A stretch of DNA of 64,000 bases from Batkoa obscura (lineage: Eukaryota): NCBI GenBank assembly GCA_030770535.1, contig JASVEC010000014.1, positions 496,001 through 560,000 of the forward strand, read 5' to 3'. This document shows positions 29,067 through 41,542 of this stretch, one piece after another. The notes beneath the pieces are model-generated. The model saw only the letters and a list, made by a program, of their open reading frames with translations, was not told where the DNA came from and did not search any database. The position numbers and the translations under genes were made by a program. The first letter of the stretch is position 1. Every line of letters starts with the position of its first letter.

Positions 29067-30386
29067 ATGAAGAGGCTACTAAAACTTGAGGGCTTAGAAA
29101 ATGATGTACTCAGAGAAATTTTATGTCACCTTTCATCTAAAGATAAAGTTAAATTACTTTTATGCTGTAAAAGATGGAATAGAGTACTACTACCACTATT
29201 ATGGGAAAATATGACTCCGAGCTACAGTTATTATTATAGGAAGCAGATGTATACTAGTTTTAGAAAATACGGTCATTATATTAAATATTTGGATCTCAAA
29301 ACATTTGTAAATTTACCAATCCACTCTTCAGTTTATCCAAATTGTAACAAGCTTTATTTATCTTTAGACAATTATTTAAAAAACAAAATCCATTTTGAAA
29401 GTAGTCAGCTAACAGGTCTTTACTATACTAATTTTATTGACGATATGAAAACAGAGGACTATATACTTAAGAATGAGGTTTGTATAGAAAAGATATTCCA
29501 AAATCTAAAGTATTTTAAAATTCATAACTTAAGTATATATTTCAAAATATCAATCATACCATTATTACCATCAAATCTAAGCTCATTAGTAATCACTGAC
29601 AGCTATGATAGTAGAGTGCCATATTTTGAATTCATGATAAATAAGTTCGATAATTTAAAGGTGCTTAAATTAATTAATATTGAGCTTGGATTTAGGGATT
29701 TTATTTGTTTTCTAAATAAATCATTTCCTGAATTAGATAGGTTACATATGGAAGATATAATTGTTGAAGATTTGGAAGATTTAGAACAAATGTGTATAAA
29801 TTTAAATAACTACCCAAAGCTAATGACACTCTACTACCAAGGAAGTTATATGTTATTATTTAATGGTACATCAAATTTAAAAGAACTGGTACTAAGTGCA
29901 GTTAGCTTAGAAAATACGCCTATAAATAAAGAGAAATTTCCAAAGTTGAATCAATTAACTTTGAATTATTGTGTCGATATTTCATCAAAGCAATTCTATT
30001 TGATATTTAACATGTCAACGATTACCTATTTAAACTTATTAATGTACAATCATTTAGTGCTTTTAATTAAAGAAATTTACCCAAAAAATAACACAAATAT
30101 AATTTCACTAAAAATTGTTAACCCTGTTTTAGATGCCAATTTCTTTAATTTTTTATATACATCATGCCCTATCCTATGTAACCTTGAAATAATAGACTGT
30201 GAATTTAAAAATGACATATCATTTTCAGATCATAAAATAATAAGGTATACTAATTTGACAAACGTAATAGTTAAGTTTTATAGTTATCCAATTGTAAATA
30301 GTTTTATTAACTATGCTTTAAAACATTTTAAAAATATTAAAATGTTTAGAATTTCAAATATAAGTAAAAGTGTACAAACTGTTTAA
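29067..30386 (+). CDS. F-box / leucine-rich repeat protein
   Basis: N-terminal F-box LENDVLREILCHLSSKDKVKLLLCCKRWNRV, then LRR-like FPELDRLHM, YPKLMTLY, FPKLNQLTL; intronless. Confidence 0.88.
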   Translation: MKRLLKLEGLENDVLREILCHLSSKDKVKLLLCCKRWNRVLLPLLWENMTPSYSYYYRKQMYTSFRKYGHYIKYLDLKTFVNLPIHSSVYPNCNKLYLSLDNYLKNKIHFESSQLTGLYYTNFIDDMKTEDYILKNEVCIEKIFQNLKYFKIHNLSIYFKISIIPLLPSNLSSLVITDSYDSRVPYFEFMINKFDNLKVLKLINIELGFRDFICFLNKSFPELDRLHMEDIIVEDLEDLEQMCINLNNYPKLMTLYYQGSYMLLFNGTSNLKELVLSAVSLENTPINKEKFPKLNQLTLNYCVDISSKQFYLIFNMSTITYLNLLMYNHLVLLIKEIYPKNNTNIISLKIVNPVLDANFFNFLYTSCPILCNLEIIDCEFKNDISFSDHKIIRYTNLTNVIVKFYSYPIVNSFINYALKHFKNIKMFRISNISKSVQTV

Positions 30387-30665
30387 ATGGTTCTGATGTT
30401 ATTTATAATAAAGATATCTTTAATTAATTTTCTAGTTTTTGATTTTTTTCAGAAGCTTTGCTAAGAATCTATTTTAAAAGTAACTGTAGTATTGATCTTG
30501 TTACAAAATTCACTATTATTTTTGATAGCTAACCTTTAAACAATAGTTTCTGTGACCTAACATCACAAATGTATTGAATATCTCTAATATAAAATTTAGA
30601 ATTGCTAAATTAAAAACTATTTTCTATTATTCCTCATTATTTATTAAATTATCAATAATTTTTAT

Positions 30666-30773
30666 AAAATGGGGGTGTATTTTTGTGTTTAAAGATTTTA
30701 CCAACAATTTTTCTACTCAAATAGTGCTTAAAAGATAGAAAAAGCAATGAACCCAAAAAAACATCCTTAAATA
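30666..30773 (+). mobile_element. MITE-like element, copy F
   Basis: ATGGGGGTGTATTTTTG...CTACTCAAATAGTGCTTAAAAGATAG...AAACATCCTTAAATA. Confidence 0.82.
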
Positions 30774-30965
30774 TTTGTATAGATTGAAATACTATGTAGT
30801 AAATATTAAAGCATATTTATCATATTATTATCAGCTAGTTATTAAGGGTGTTAGCATAATATATCAAAATGCCTTTTTTATCTATTGCTCACTTCTTGAT
30901 AAAGTTGGAAGCCATTATTGAAAAGGTATCTCTCTATCATGAAAGATTAAGAAATATCTGAGAAA

Positions 30966-31071
30966 TATATGCGGATGTATCTTTATATAAGAGTTTTACT
31001 AGCAACTTTTCCACTTAAATAGCGCTTAAAAGATAGAAAAACAATGAAGCCAAAAAAAACATTCTCATATT
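30966..31071 (+). mobile_element. MITE-like element, copy G
   Basis: TATATGCGGATG...CCACTTAAATAGCGCTTAAAAGATAG...AAACATTCTCATAT. Confidence 0.82.
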
Positions 31072-32075
31072 TTTTAAATATGATTACGATTTTTTGTGTA
31101 CTTTAAAAAAGCAAAGCTCCCAACTGTTTTTTTCTAATAAATAGTAAAAACATGAGGTAAAGGAGAACATACCAGGTTATTAGAATGTAAACTTTAGGTA
31201 AGAGCTCCGATTTGGCTAAACTATCTTCGGCTTTAGATAGATCAATTCATAACGGACTCAATTTCCGTTTCGTATAAACTATGCCAAGCAAAAGAAGGTG
31301 AAGAAACTGGAAAAAGACCAGCTTCATTATTGGTTGAGAGTTGAGCGTAATATGATGATTTGATTTTTTTAAGGACATGATATAATTTCATTTAGGGGTA
31401 TAGAGCAATCATACACTTTAAGTATTATTTATTCACTTGTCTTTCTATCTTGAAAAAATTAAGTAAGCAACAAAAAAGTATAACTTTGAGATAAGTCTCA
31501 TAACGTATTATAATAAGTTTATACAGCAATATAAACTACTATAGAGGAAATCACAAACAGCACTAATGTTGAAAAGTCTATTGCTAAAAACATTAATAAA
31601 CTTTCAAGAATAATGTTTGATTCTAATTTTAAAAGAGATATCGCTAATCTCATCCTTATCTAACCCAATGTTATAATCTTTAAAGCCAATAGTTTGAGAT
31701 AATAAAAAATTCAAGTTTTATAAATAAATGTCTATCTCTTATCTATTTTCAAATGTTTTTTAATTTTTACTTAATAAAATAGCTTATATAAGATATAAAT
31801 TATTTTAATTTAAAACTTTTTACCATTGTTCCTAATAATATAATGTAAAAACAACGGGTAAAATGGTTATTTTAAACAATAAAATAGAAGTTATTAAATA
31901 GTTGAAGCCAAATTTAATTGATCTAATTTAATTATTAGCCTATAATTAAAAATTTGAAAAATTACAATCTTTAGAACAATATCCCTTAATAAAATATATT
32001 CCCAGGCATATAAACCTTATAAAAGTGAAAAAATCCATTTTATACAAAATCAACTTTTGTCCTTTTTTCTAAAAA

Positions 32076-32870
32076 ATGGTTTCAATAACTGATTTCACCA
32101 CCATAAACCACTGGAAAGAATTACCATTATCACAATGGTATCCTTACTTCAACCATCAACCTACTGCTATCTTTATAGCCATCACCTATTTAATAACTGT
32201 AAAATCGTGTACCGAATACATTAAAAAACAAGCAGCAAAGGATTCGAAGACAAGCGGTGCCTTTAAAGCCTTCATGTTACTACATAATCTTGCCTTAGCT
32301 ATTTACTCCTTCGCTACTTTTGCTTCCTTATTTATAACTATCTACACTGCTGTATCCAACAGTGACTCTCTCTACGACACTTATTGCGACAAAAACCAAG
32401 TTGTATGGACTCAAAGTCTTTATTTTAACACTTGGTTATTTTACTTATCGAAATACTGGGAGTTTATCGACACTTTAATTCTAATCGTCAAAAACAAAGT
32501 CCCTTCTCTTTTACAATGCTATCACCACTCTGGTGCCGTTCTTGGTATGTTTTATCTGTTTAACAGTTCTAGTCCTGGTGCTTGGATCTTTGTATTGTTA
32601 AATTCATTGATCCACACTATCATGTACATGTATTATTTTTTCACTATTTTGGGATATAGACCAAAGTTTAAGAAGTATATTACGGGCCTTCAACTTACTC
32701 AATTCGTTGTTGGGTCTTGTTTAGCGATACCTTACTTTATTTGGCCAGAGTGTATTTCTTTAAAGCAAAAGTTGGCTATAGCTTTTAATTTAGTTTATGT
32801 CGTACCACTTATATATCTATTTATGAAGTTTGCCAAGGAAACTTATACAGTGAAGAATAAGAAAAATTAA
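32076..32870 (+). CDS. Fatty-acid elongase, GNS1/SUR4 (ELO) family, QxxHH variant
   Basis: FYLSKYWEFIDT, LLQCYHHSGA, NSLIHTIMYMYY, ITGLQLTQF; lysine-rich ER-retrieval-like C-terminus KNKKN. Confidence 0.93.
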   Translation: MVSITDFTTINHWKELPLSQWYPYFNHQPTAIFIAITYLITVKSCTEYIKKQAAKDSKTSGAFKAFMLLHNLALAIYSFATFASLFITIYTAVSNSDSLYDTYCDKNQVVWTQSLYFNTWLFYLSKYWEFIDTLILIVKNKVPSLLQCYHHSGAVLGMFYLFNSSSPGAWIFVLLNSLIHTIMYMYYFFTILGYRPKFKKYITGLQLTQFVVGSCLAIPYFIWPECISLKQKLAIAFNLVYVVPLIYLFMKFAKETYTVKNKKN

Positions 32871-33196
32871 TAGGATTATTTTGGTTTTAATAAAAAATAT
32901 ATATTAAGCTAATTTTATAAATGTTAACAGTTTTGCTTGATTTTATGAATATTGATTAAATTATATTAGTAGTGTAATGATCATCTCTTTTAATCAATCT
33001 AAAAAAACATTTAAGTAAGCTATAACCTTATAAGAAAATGAACGGAACGAATATCTAAAGCAACTATTTGAAATACATTATAATAGATTATACATTATTT
33101 TAAATTTTGACTTCTGATTTCAATTAAATTCTCGAGCACAATTTTTCCGGCCAATCATTCTTAAAATTATTTCAAACTCAAAAAAATTCTACTTTA

Positions 33197-34162
33197 TTAA
33201 GGATTAAAATTGTCATACTTCAACTTAATGGTATCTAATTCCACCACTGTATAATGTGAATTTACATTGAGATCACTCTGTAATTTTCTTAGACTTTCAG
33301 AATTAGCTTTCAATTCCAACGTGACCTCTTTGAAGGCAGTACTATAACTTATTTGTTGAAACTGAAGCTTTTCTTTAAATAGCTTTAAACTTGAAGTGTT
33401 AGACTCTCCAATTTTCGAGGTGATTCTAGTAAGGTTTAAAGAGGCAACTCCTAATAAATAGTTAGGCTGGATAAAGTTATATAAGTAATAAATACCATAT
33501 TCCATCATCATCAATAATGCTAATAAACCCAACCCTTTACCGCGGTAGGATTTTTCTATTAAATGAATTTTAGCAGGTTGTATTTGAAGATTTAACTTAG
33601 TTACCAGCTACCATAATCTCTATTTCGGCGCTATTCTTATCCTCAAAGTCATTCAAGAAGAGATTAACGTCACCGATTATTTCTATATTCAACTATAGTT
33701 AGTTTTTATCCTTTAATTTTAGAAATTATTTAAAAACACTAGAAATAAAACTTACTTCCTTTTATTTGAGTTGTATCATTCGATTCATTAATCAATTCTT
33801 CCTTTTCAGCAACAAATAAAATAAATGTACACTCTATAAAGTAATTAAATCATTTCACCTGTTATTCTATTTGTACTTACTATCTTCATCTTCCCTCCAA
33901 CTATCTTGCATCTGATACTCTTCTTCTAAGCTTAAAGGTTCTGATGCAGTCAATTCTAAAACATCGATTATTATCACTATCTCTTATACATTCACAAATA
34001 ACAAACCTAATAATTCTTCAGTTTTCATCCATTGATGATACTGTGGAACATGCTCTTTTAAATAAGGGATCAGCCACAATCTATCGTTTTTCTTGATTTT
34101 TATTAGTTGTTGTTATTATTGCTTATTAAATTTACTAATATCGTGTTGCTATTAATTAACAT
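33197..34162 (-). CDS. NAT9: GNAT N-acetyltransferase 9-like, multi-exon
   Basis: LIPYLKEHVPQYHQWM...[67 protein letters not shown]. Confidence 0.9.
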
Positions 34163-34357
34163 TTTGTCTAAAAATAATGAAACTGAGAAGTTAAAAGGTT
34201 TTAATTTTATCAAAATAAGCTTATCTTAATTTACTAAAAATGCTAATTTTTAAAAATGAACTTTATATTGATAAATTTCAACAATTAATGACTAAAATAA
34301 CTTTAATATCATCAAGTTATAATATTATTTGGATAATGGTAATACTATCTAGTAGAA

Positions 34358-36035
34358 TTAATAGCATCTAACAACCTTGTAAATAAATCCAATATAAATG
34401 GCCACAAAGAGGGTAAGTGGGATAGCAGTATAGACATTAAAAGCGAGATGATAAAACAAATTAAAGATTAGGAACCCATTAAAACCTAAAAGCACAACAG
34501 CGACAAGATAATATGCATATAAACTTGTTTTCGATAGAACAAACTGTTTACCCATAACAGTAACATCTCCAAGCAAAGCAAGCAAGGGTATAAGGGCAAA
34601 TGGGAGTTGTAGTGATTGTAAGGTATTTAAATACTCACCTAAGGTATCTAAATAATCTTTTGCTAGGATAGCAACCAAGATAGATGGAATCAAAGCAATG
34701 CTTCTTGTCAATAAAACTCGTTTCCAAGGTGTTATAGAGAACTTCCAAAACCCTTCCATAACATATTGACCTGCCAAAGTACCTGTCATCGTTGACGACT
34801 GACCAGCAGCTAGAAGCCCTATTGCCCAGATGTACTTCGCTTTATCACCTAACGTGTTAGCTAGTGCCTCGGCAGCGTCTGCTAAGCCAACGTTATATTT
34901 TGGCACGCTTCCATTATTGTAATAGAAAACTTTAGCAAACACTACCATTAACGCAAGGTTAATTAAAAAAGAAATAAACAAAGCAAGTCCAGACTCAATA
35001 AATAAATACTTATTTGCCAGCTTAACTTGCTTTTTTTCTAAATCTACTCGACATACTTCCTTTCCAGAAGCTAAAGCAGAGTGTAAATATATATTATGTG
35101 GCATTATAACTAGTTTAAGAAGATTAATTCAACTCTTAAAAACAAGAGGTTTAAATACTTACTAGCTCCAACCATAGCTACTGCTTGGATAACCGCATAC
35201 TTAGGAATGTTTGGCACCAATAAGCCCTCCATCACCAATTTTGGATCCGGATTTGCCAAAAACATTTCAAAACAAAAACAAATAGCCATAACTCCAATCA
35301 AACTCATAAAAAAAGACTCCAGCTTATTCATCCCATATCTATGTAAAGCAAGAAATGTAAATGTATCTAACACTGTAATGATTACTCCCAACCAAAGTGG
35401 GAAGTTGAATAAAATATTAAAAGCTATAGCTGTACCCACCACTTCTTGTATATCACTACCTATAATCGCTAGTTCACACATAATCCATAACATCTTTGCA
35501 ATTGGTTTCGGGTATCGGATACGAATATGTTCTGCTAGATGTTTACCTGTCACAATACCTAATTGGGAGGCAAGATTTTGGATCATCAAACCCAAAAAAT
35601 GCGCCCAAAAAAGGATCCAGAGTAGGCTTTTTAAATATATAAGGTTTTCCTACTTATAAAAGCTTTAATTTTAATTACCTATTTCCACACAGTGCTGCTG
35701 CTTGTAGATCTGACTCTAAATTACCTGGATCAAGATAGGCAATGGACCTGATAGCAGTTTAATCAAAGATTACATATACTTTATTTTTTCACTTACATTA
35801 ACCATCCTGGTCCTGAAAATAACCAGAAATTCTTTAAACCAAATTCTCTTTGTAGTAGATTAGCATCTTTGTTAGCGAACGAATATTCACGTATGCTTTT
35901 CCTCTTTTTTATATTTGGTTTTGAATTAATATAGTATACGTCCGGTAGTTCTAATAGCTTGCTCGTTTCTTGTTCAGATTGTTGCGAGCCCATTTTTGGT
36001 CTTGATTTTAAGTGTGTTGCATCGCTAGAATGCAT
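34358..36035 (-). CDS. NRAMP divalent metal transporter (SMF/DMT1 family), multi-exon
   Basis: [64 protein letters not shown]. Confidence 0.96.
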
Positions 36036-36337
36036 TTTGGTTTAAAAGTATATCATTGTTGAGCCTAAAATAAAACTTGTTTTAGATAGGAGTTTTAATT
36101 GGATTGGTTCGAGATTTAAAGAATTTAGTAAATTAAATGTATTCTGTTGATTTTATCCTAAAACGGAAGAATCATAATAAATATTCATTTTAATTATTTA
36201 TCATAACGATAACAATCATATTTAATTATCTGTATCTTTAAATTAAATTTTATTCTTTTGTAATTTACAATTAAAAATATTCAAAATCAAATTTAATTAC
36301 TATAAACTAAAAGCCTGTAAGTTAAACTCTATCTCTA

Positions 36338-38274
36338 TTACATTTTATCCACTGTTTTTAATCCCAACACAGCAAGGCCATTCTCAAGTGTTTGTTTAGT
36401 AGCCCAAAACAATAACCATCTAGCTTTACTCAACTCAATATCATTTAAACCTTTAACTCTAAGCTGTTCATTGGCTTGGATAGAAACGCGTGATAGTTGT
36501 AGCAAATATTGAGCAATTGTACATGGCTCAAAATTTATCTGAGCTTGTGCTATGACATTTGGAAATTGGGCTAAAAGATAAGCTAGTTCAAATGCAATAG
36601 GTTCAATTAGCAGATCAAAATTAATTTCCTTTGTTAATGGGATTTGAGCTTTTCTTTCAATACTATGAATTAAAGTGTTATTAACAATTATTTAATTGCT
36701 TTGGTAATTGTATATACTTACCCACAAATCTTAGCATAAGAATATAACAAATAAACTCCGGTATCTCCTTTATGGTCTAACATTCTATTCCAATCAAATT
36801 GATAATCCTTATTCCTCTTTGCCAAAAAATCTTGAATCTTTATACCTGCTGTAGCGATCTGATCGGAAATAAAATCCTGTTCTTGCTTATCAATACTATT
36901 CTCATCTTTCATAATCTCCATAGTTTTACCCTTACACCTTTCTAAAATATCTTTTAAAAATATAGTATTTCCTTTTCTCGTAGAAACTCCTATCACTCTA
37001 CCAAACCCAATGTGCACTAAATTTTTATGCCATCCTTGACTAATATCAAGCTGATACTTTTCTTTGATTTTGTTTTCAATAACTGGATGGATTAACTCAA
37101 TAACCTTAAATACTTGTCTCATATATAAATTTTGTTCGTTACCAACCACATAAATCATCTTATCAAAGTTTAACTCAATTTTTCTCTTAATAATCGTAGC
37201 TATGTCCCTCATCAGATATAAACTAGTACCATCCTTTTTTATCAATATTGGTTGACCCAATTCGTAATCGGTTAAGTCTATAAACATAGCCCCTTCTCTT
37301 TTTTTAACTAAGTTGCTGTCTTTTAAGCACTCTAAAGCCAAGTTTAAATACTCGTTGCTTTCCCTTTCTCCAGAATAGATATCAAAATCAATATTTAATT
37401 TTCTATAAAGTTCTTTAAAACTTTTTAAACTTAAATCATGAAACCATTGCCACTGCTTTAACATATCTTCATCTCCTTATTTAATATGTTAATCGAATTA
37501 TTCTTTAAAGCTATTTTTTATTGTCTTACCTTGTTCCAACAACTTGAAATATTCTTGAGCTTTAATCGAAACACTTTCGTCTGATTCTTTTAACTGGTTG
37601 ATCTTAACGTATACTTCATATAAATGCAACATTGGATCATCTTTTAGCTTTCCTACATCTCCAAACTTTTCAAACCCTAAAACTAATAAACCTATCGAAA
37701 TCTTTTAATTAAATATAATAACAACTAATGTTAGCTTACCATACTGTTTCCCCCAATCTCCTAGATAATTAATGGTTACCAACTCGCTTTTCGAACTATT
37801 AAATCTGATCAAATTCGATATAAACTGTCCCAAAATGCTAGATCGTAAGTGTCCAATATGAAATGGTTTAGCTATATTGGGACTTGAGTATTCCACAACT
37901 ACTTTTTTATCCTTATATCCATCTTCCAACCAACTATTATGATCCCATTCACTTGGTATTCCATAAACTTCCCTTTTATCATAGATATCAGTTAATATGT
38001 CCTTTAACAATCCTCTCTGACTTAACTCGAAGTTTAAAAATGGGCCCAGTTGAGATGTCCTTAACGAGTAAGAATGGAGCGTCTTTTCTAAATGCGATTG
38101 GACATCGCTTATATCCACTGAAGTTAACTTTTTGAGTTGAGGTAAAGAAATGCTAAATTGACCATGGGCTTTATTCTTTGGGACCATAAGTAGAGGCTTG
38201 AGGCTCTGTTTTGGGATCGAGCTCGCTTGGCTTAAACCTTCAATGATCGATTTTCGTATGTGAGAAAGTGCCAT
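36338..38274 (-). CDS. Arginyl-tRNA synthetase (likely the mitochondrial RARS2/MSR1 type), multi-exon
   Basis: VEYSSPNIAKPFHIGHLRS, NYLGDWGKQYG, KKDGTSLYLMRDIA, GDTGVYLLYSYAKICG; C-terminus VLGLKTVDKM. Confidence 0.94.
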
Positions 38275-38450
38275 TTGAGAGTCTTTTGTTTGGGCGCTAT
38301 TCTAGTTTAATTAATTAAATTACAAAGATTAACTCGAAAATTTTGATTTGACTTTCTGACCTTGAGTTTTTTAAAAGAATTCGAAATGAAAAGAAAATCA
38401 AAAGATAATGAAACTCAAAAATGTAAAACTTAAAATAACACTTAAAATTA

Positions 38451-39361
38451 ATGAAAGACATACTAAGTCCAATACCCAAAGCCCAAAAAAACAAAACTGA
38501 AGTCCCAGTAAAAGAGATAACATCTAAAGTATCGGGTGCCGTATACTGGTTAATGAAATCTGAGCCTGAAACTCGACTAGTTAAAGGAAAGGATGTGAGG
38601 TTTAGGTAAACTAAGATAGTCCTTCAATAGATATTTATATTAAAAATAATAAAAGCATTGATGATTTAAAACATAGTAAGGATAGTAAAACGAGTTGGGA
38701 GGGAGTGGTACTTTATTTATTGAGTTTAAGTTACTATTTTTTCTAACTGAGTTAATTATATAGCGGAATTATGAAGCAAGGAACTTTATGAGAGATAAGA
38801 TGAAGTTGGGGGATACTGTAATTTGAAATAAGCTGTCAAGTACTAAATATTAATTCATCTACTAGGTACTATTTTATCATTCTAATTGTAAGGTTCCTGG
38901 TATTATTGGATTGGCTAAAGTAAAAGATATTTATTTTTTGGAATGGAATTAAATTTATTGTTTTGTTTAGGTGGTCAAAACAGGGTATCCAGATGGTAAG
39001 TTAATATATTGAATACAAAATCAAAAGCTGATTAAGCCGCTTTTTGAAAAGAAACTGCGACTGATCCCAATCACCCTTACTTTGATAAGCGTATTAAAGA
39101 TGGTCAGAATCCATGGTATAAAGTGGCTATTTATTTATTATTGATACAAGTTGTACTTATATATATTAGGTAGATATCCAATTTGCAGAAAAGTTTGATG
39201 AGATAATATCATTAAAAACATTAAAGTCATATAGAGATAAAGAAGTTTTTAGTGAATTAAGTTTATTCAAAAGAGCTCAATTATCTATACAAAAAGTAAC
39301 CCAAGCTCAATTTGATTTTATCATGAGTTTAAAAGCGGAAGGAGGTAGCCAAAAAGGATAA
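38451..39361 (+). CDS. EVE-domain protein (THYN1/Thy28-like); many small exons, absent from the ORF track
   Basis: YWLMKSEPETRLVKGKDVRFSIDDL, WEGVRNYEARNFMRDKMKLGD, FYHSNCKVPGI, DPNHPYFD, WYKVDIQF, RAQLSIQKV; the start may be at 38386. Confidence 0.92.
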
Positions 39362-39635
39362 AATAATTTTTGATCAGTTTTTTTTAATAATTTTTTTTTA
39401 ATAATTAGTGAATAAAAACAAATTTATTACTATATTTTATTTTAAATATAATTCGTGTAGTAGCATTCTTCAAATTAATCTACATTATATCCTATTTAAT
39501 ACGTACATAGATTACTTGGGTATTTTAATTTTAATTAAAATACAGATCAAACAAAACCAAAGATACAATCAAATGGTTTTTTTAAAACTATAAATCATAG
39601 TATAAAAATATTTTATGTTATAATGCAAAAAATAT

Positions 39636-39760
39636 TCAGTTTTAAAACTTTGGGGCATGGTCTCGTATAAAGACCTTGACACTCTCCTAGAACTGCACTC
39701 TTGCTTTCCAATATGGTTGAGCCAAAATTCTTAAACTATACAGTCTCCAAAGCTTATCAT
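39636..39760 (-). ncRNA. Candidate structured ncRNA with C/D-box-like ends
   Basis: GC-enriched island; minus strand AUGAUAA ... CUGA flank a terminal stem AAGCUUUGG/CCAAAGUUU and an internal GGUCU/AGACC hairpin; no family recognised. Confidence 0.4.
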
Positions 39761-39952
39761 TTTTTTGGTAACCAAAGAACAATTAAATCAATTATTTTTT
39801 AGTTCTATCTAAATTCCAACAAAAATCTTTAAATCCCAAAATATTCCAAGCGAGCCAATCATTATTTCTATGATTTAATTTGTTGAACTACTTCGACTCG
39901 AATAGTCAACAGAAAAAAGTTTTACCATTTACTCAACTTTAGTATAGCAGCC

Positions 39953-41406
39953 ATGCCTCCAAAGAAAGTCGTTAAAGAAGAAAAATTATTATTAGGCCGT
40001 CCAGGTAACAATTTAAAGATAGGTGTAGTTGGTATGCCCAACGTGGGAAAATCTACTTTTTTCAATGCTATCACCAACTCTGCTGCTCCAGCTGAAAACT
40101 TTCCTTTCTGTACCATTGGTAAGTTGATTTGAAATATTTTAATATATTGTTTAGCTAACTCTATTTTAATAGATCCTGAAGAAGCTCGTGTAGCTGTCCC
40201 AGATGAAAGAATGGACTGGATGACTGCCAATATGAAGCCAACGAATACTATCCCAGCTTATTTGACTGTAATTGATATTGCTGGTTTAGTCAAAGGAGCT
40301 GCTGGTGGTGCTGGTTTAGGAAATGCTTTCTTAAGTCATGTTCGTGCTGTCGATGCCATCTTTCATGTCTGCCGTGCATTCAATGATGCTGATGTTATTC
40401 ACGTTGAAGGTGAATTAGATCCCATCAGAGATTTAGAGATTATTCATGAAGAATTAAGACTTAAGGATATCGAGTTTATTAATAAACATATTGAAGGTCT
40501 TAAAAAGGCCTTAAGGTCCTCAACCGATAAAGCTAAGAAGGAAGAGTTGGTAAATTTATTTTCAATGCAAAATAAGAAAGGATGATAATATTTGTTTTTT
40601 TAGGAAACTACTGAAAAGGTATTAAACTGGGTCGAAGTAGAAAAGAAGGATGTTCGTAGTGGCAACTGGAGCAATAAAGAGGTTGAAGTGATCAATACTC
40701 TTCTTTTACTTAGTGCTAAGCCAGTCATCTACTTAGCCAATTGTAGTCCTAATGATTATGTTAGAAAGAAGAATAAGTGGTAAGCTAAAACTAATGGAAA
40801 AGTAATTAAAATATTAATCACCAATCCCCATGTTTAGGTTGGCTAAAATTAAAGCTTGGATTGATGCCAATAACCCAGGAGATCTTTTAATTCCATTCAG
40901 TGCTGCTTTAGAATATGATGTAAGTTTTTATTATATAACTATCTGATGTAAGTTGAAATAAATTATTTTAGCTTTCAATGGCAACTAAAGAAGAAAGAGA
41001 AGAAAAATTAAAAGAGTTAGGTACAGTATCTGCTTTCCCAAAGATTATCACTTCCGGTTACTCTGCTTTACAATTGTTTTATTATTTCACTTATGGACCC
41101 AAAGAAGTAAGAGCTTGGACTGTTAGAGTAAGTTTTCAATTATCATAGCTAGTAGTCAAATGTTGATTTTGTTATTAATAGAAAGGTTCAAAAGCACCAC
41201 AAGCTGCTGGAGTAATTCATACTGATTTCGAACGTGGATTTATTATGGCTGAAATAATGAAATACAAAGATCTTCATGAGCTAGGTACTGAAGCTGCAGT
41301 TAAAGCAGCTGGCAAATACTTGCAAAAGGGTAAAGACTATATCGTTGAAGATGGGGATATTATTTTCTTTAAATTTAACGTTACAGCACCTGCTAAAAAG
41401 AAATAG
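39953..41406 (+). CDS. OLA1: Obg-like ATPase Ola1/YchF, multi-exon
   Basis: [76 protein letters not shown]. Confidence 0.97.
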
Positions 41407-41542
41407 ATAAATAAATAAATATTTGGAAATTAATTAACAATATTGTTTCTTATTATTCTTTTCTAAGATTAATTTTAAATTTATTTCATTTATGTATAAA
41501 AACCGTGGATTATTTAAATAGTTCTTTATCGCGAGGATACAC

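Noticed and set aside
31150..31390. Slightly GC-richer, coding-like fragment
   Set aside because: Only short frames with no family motif.
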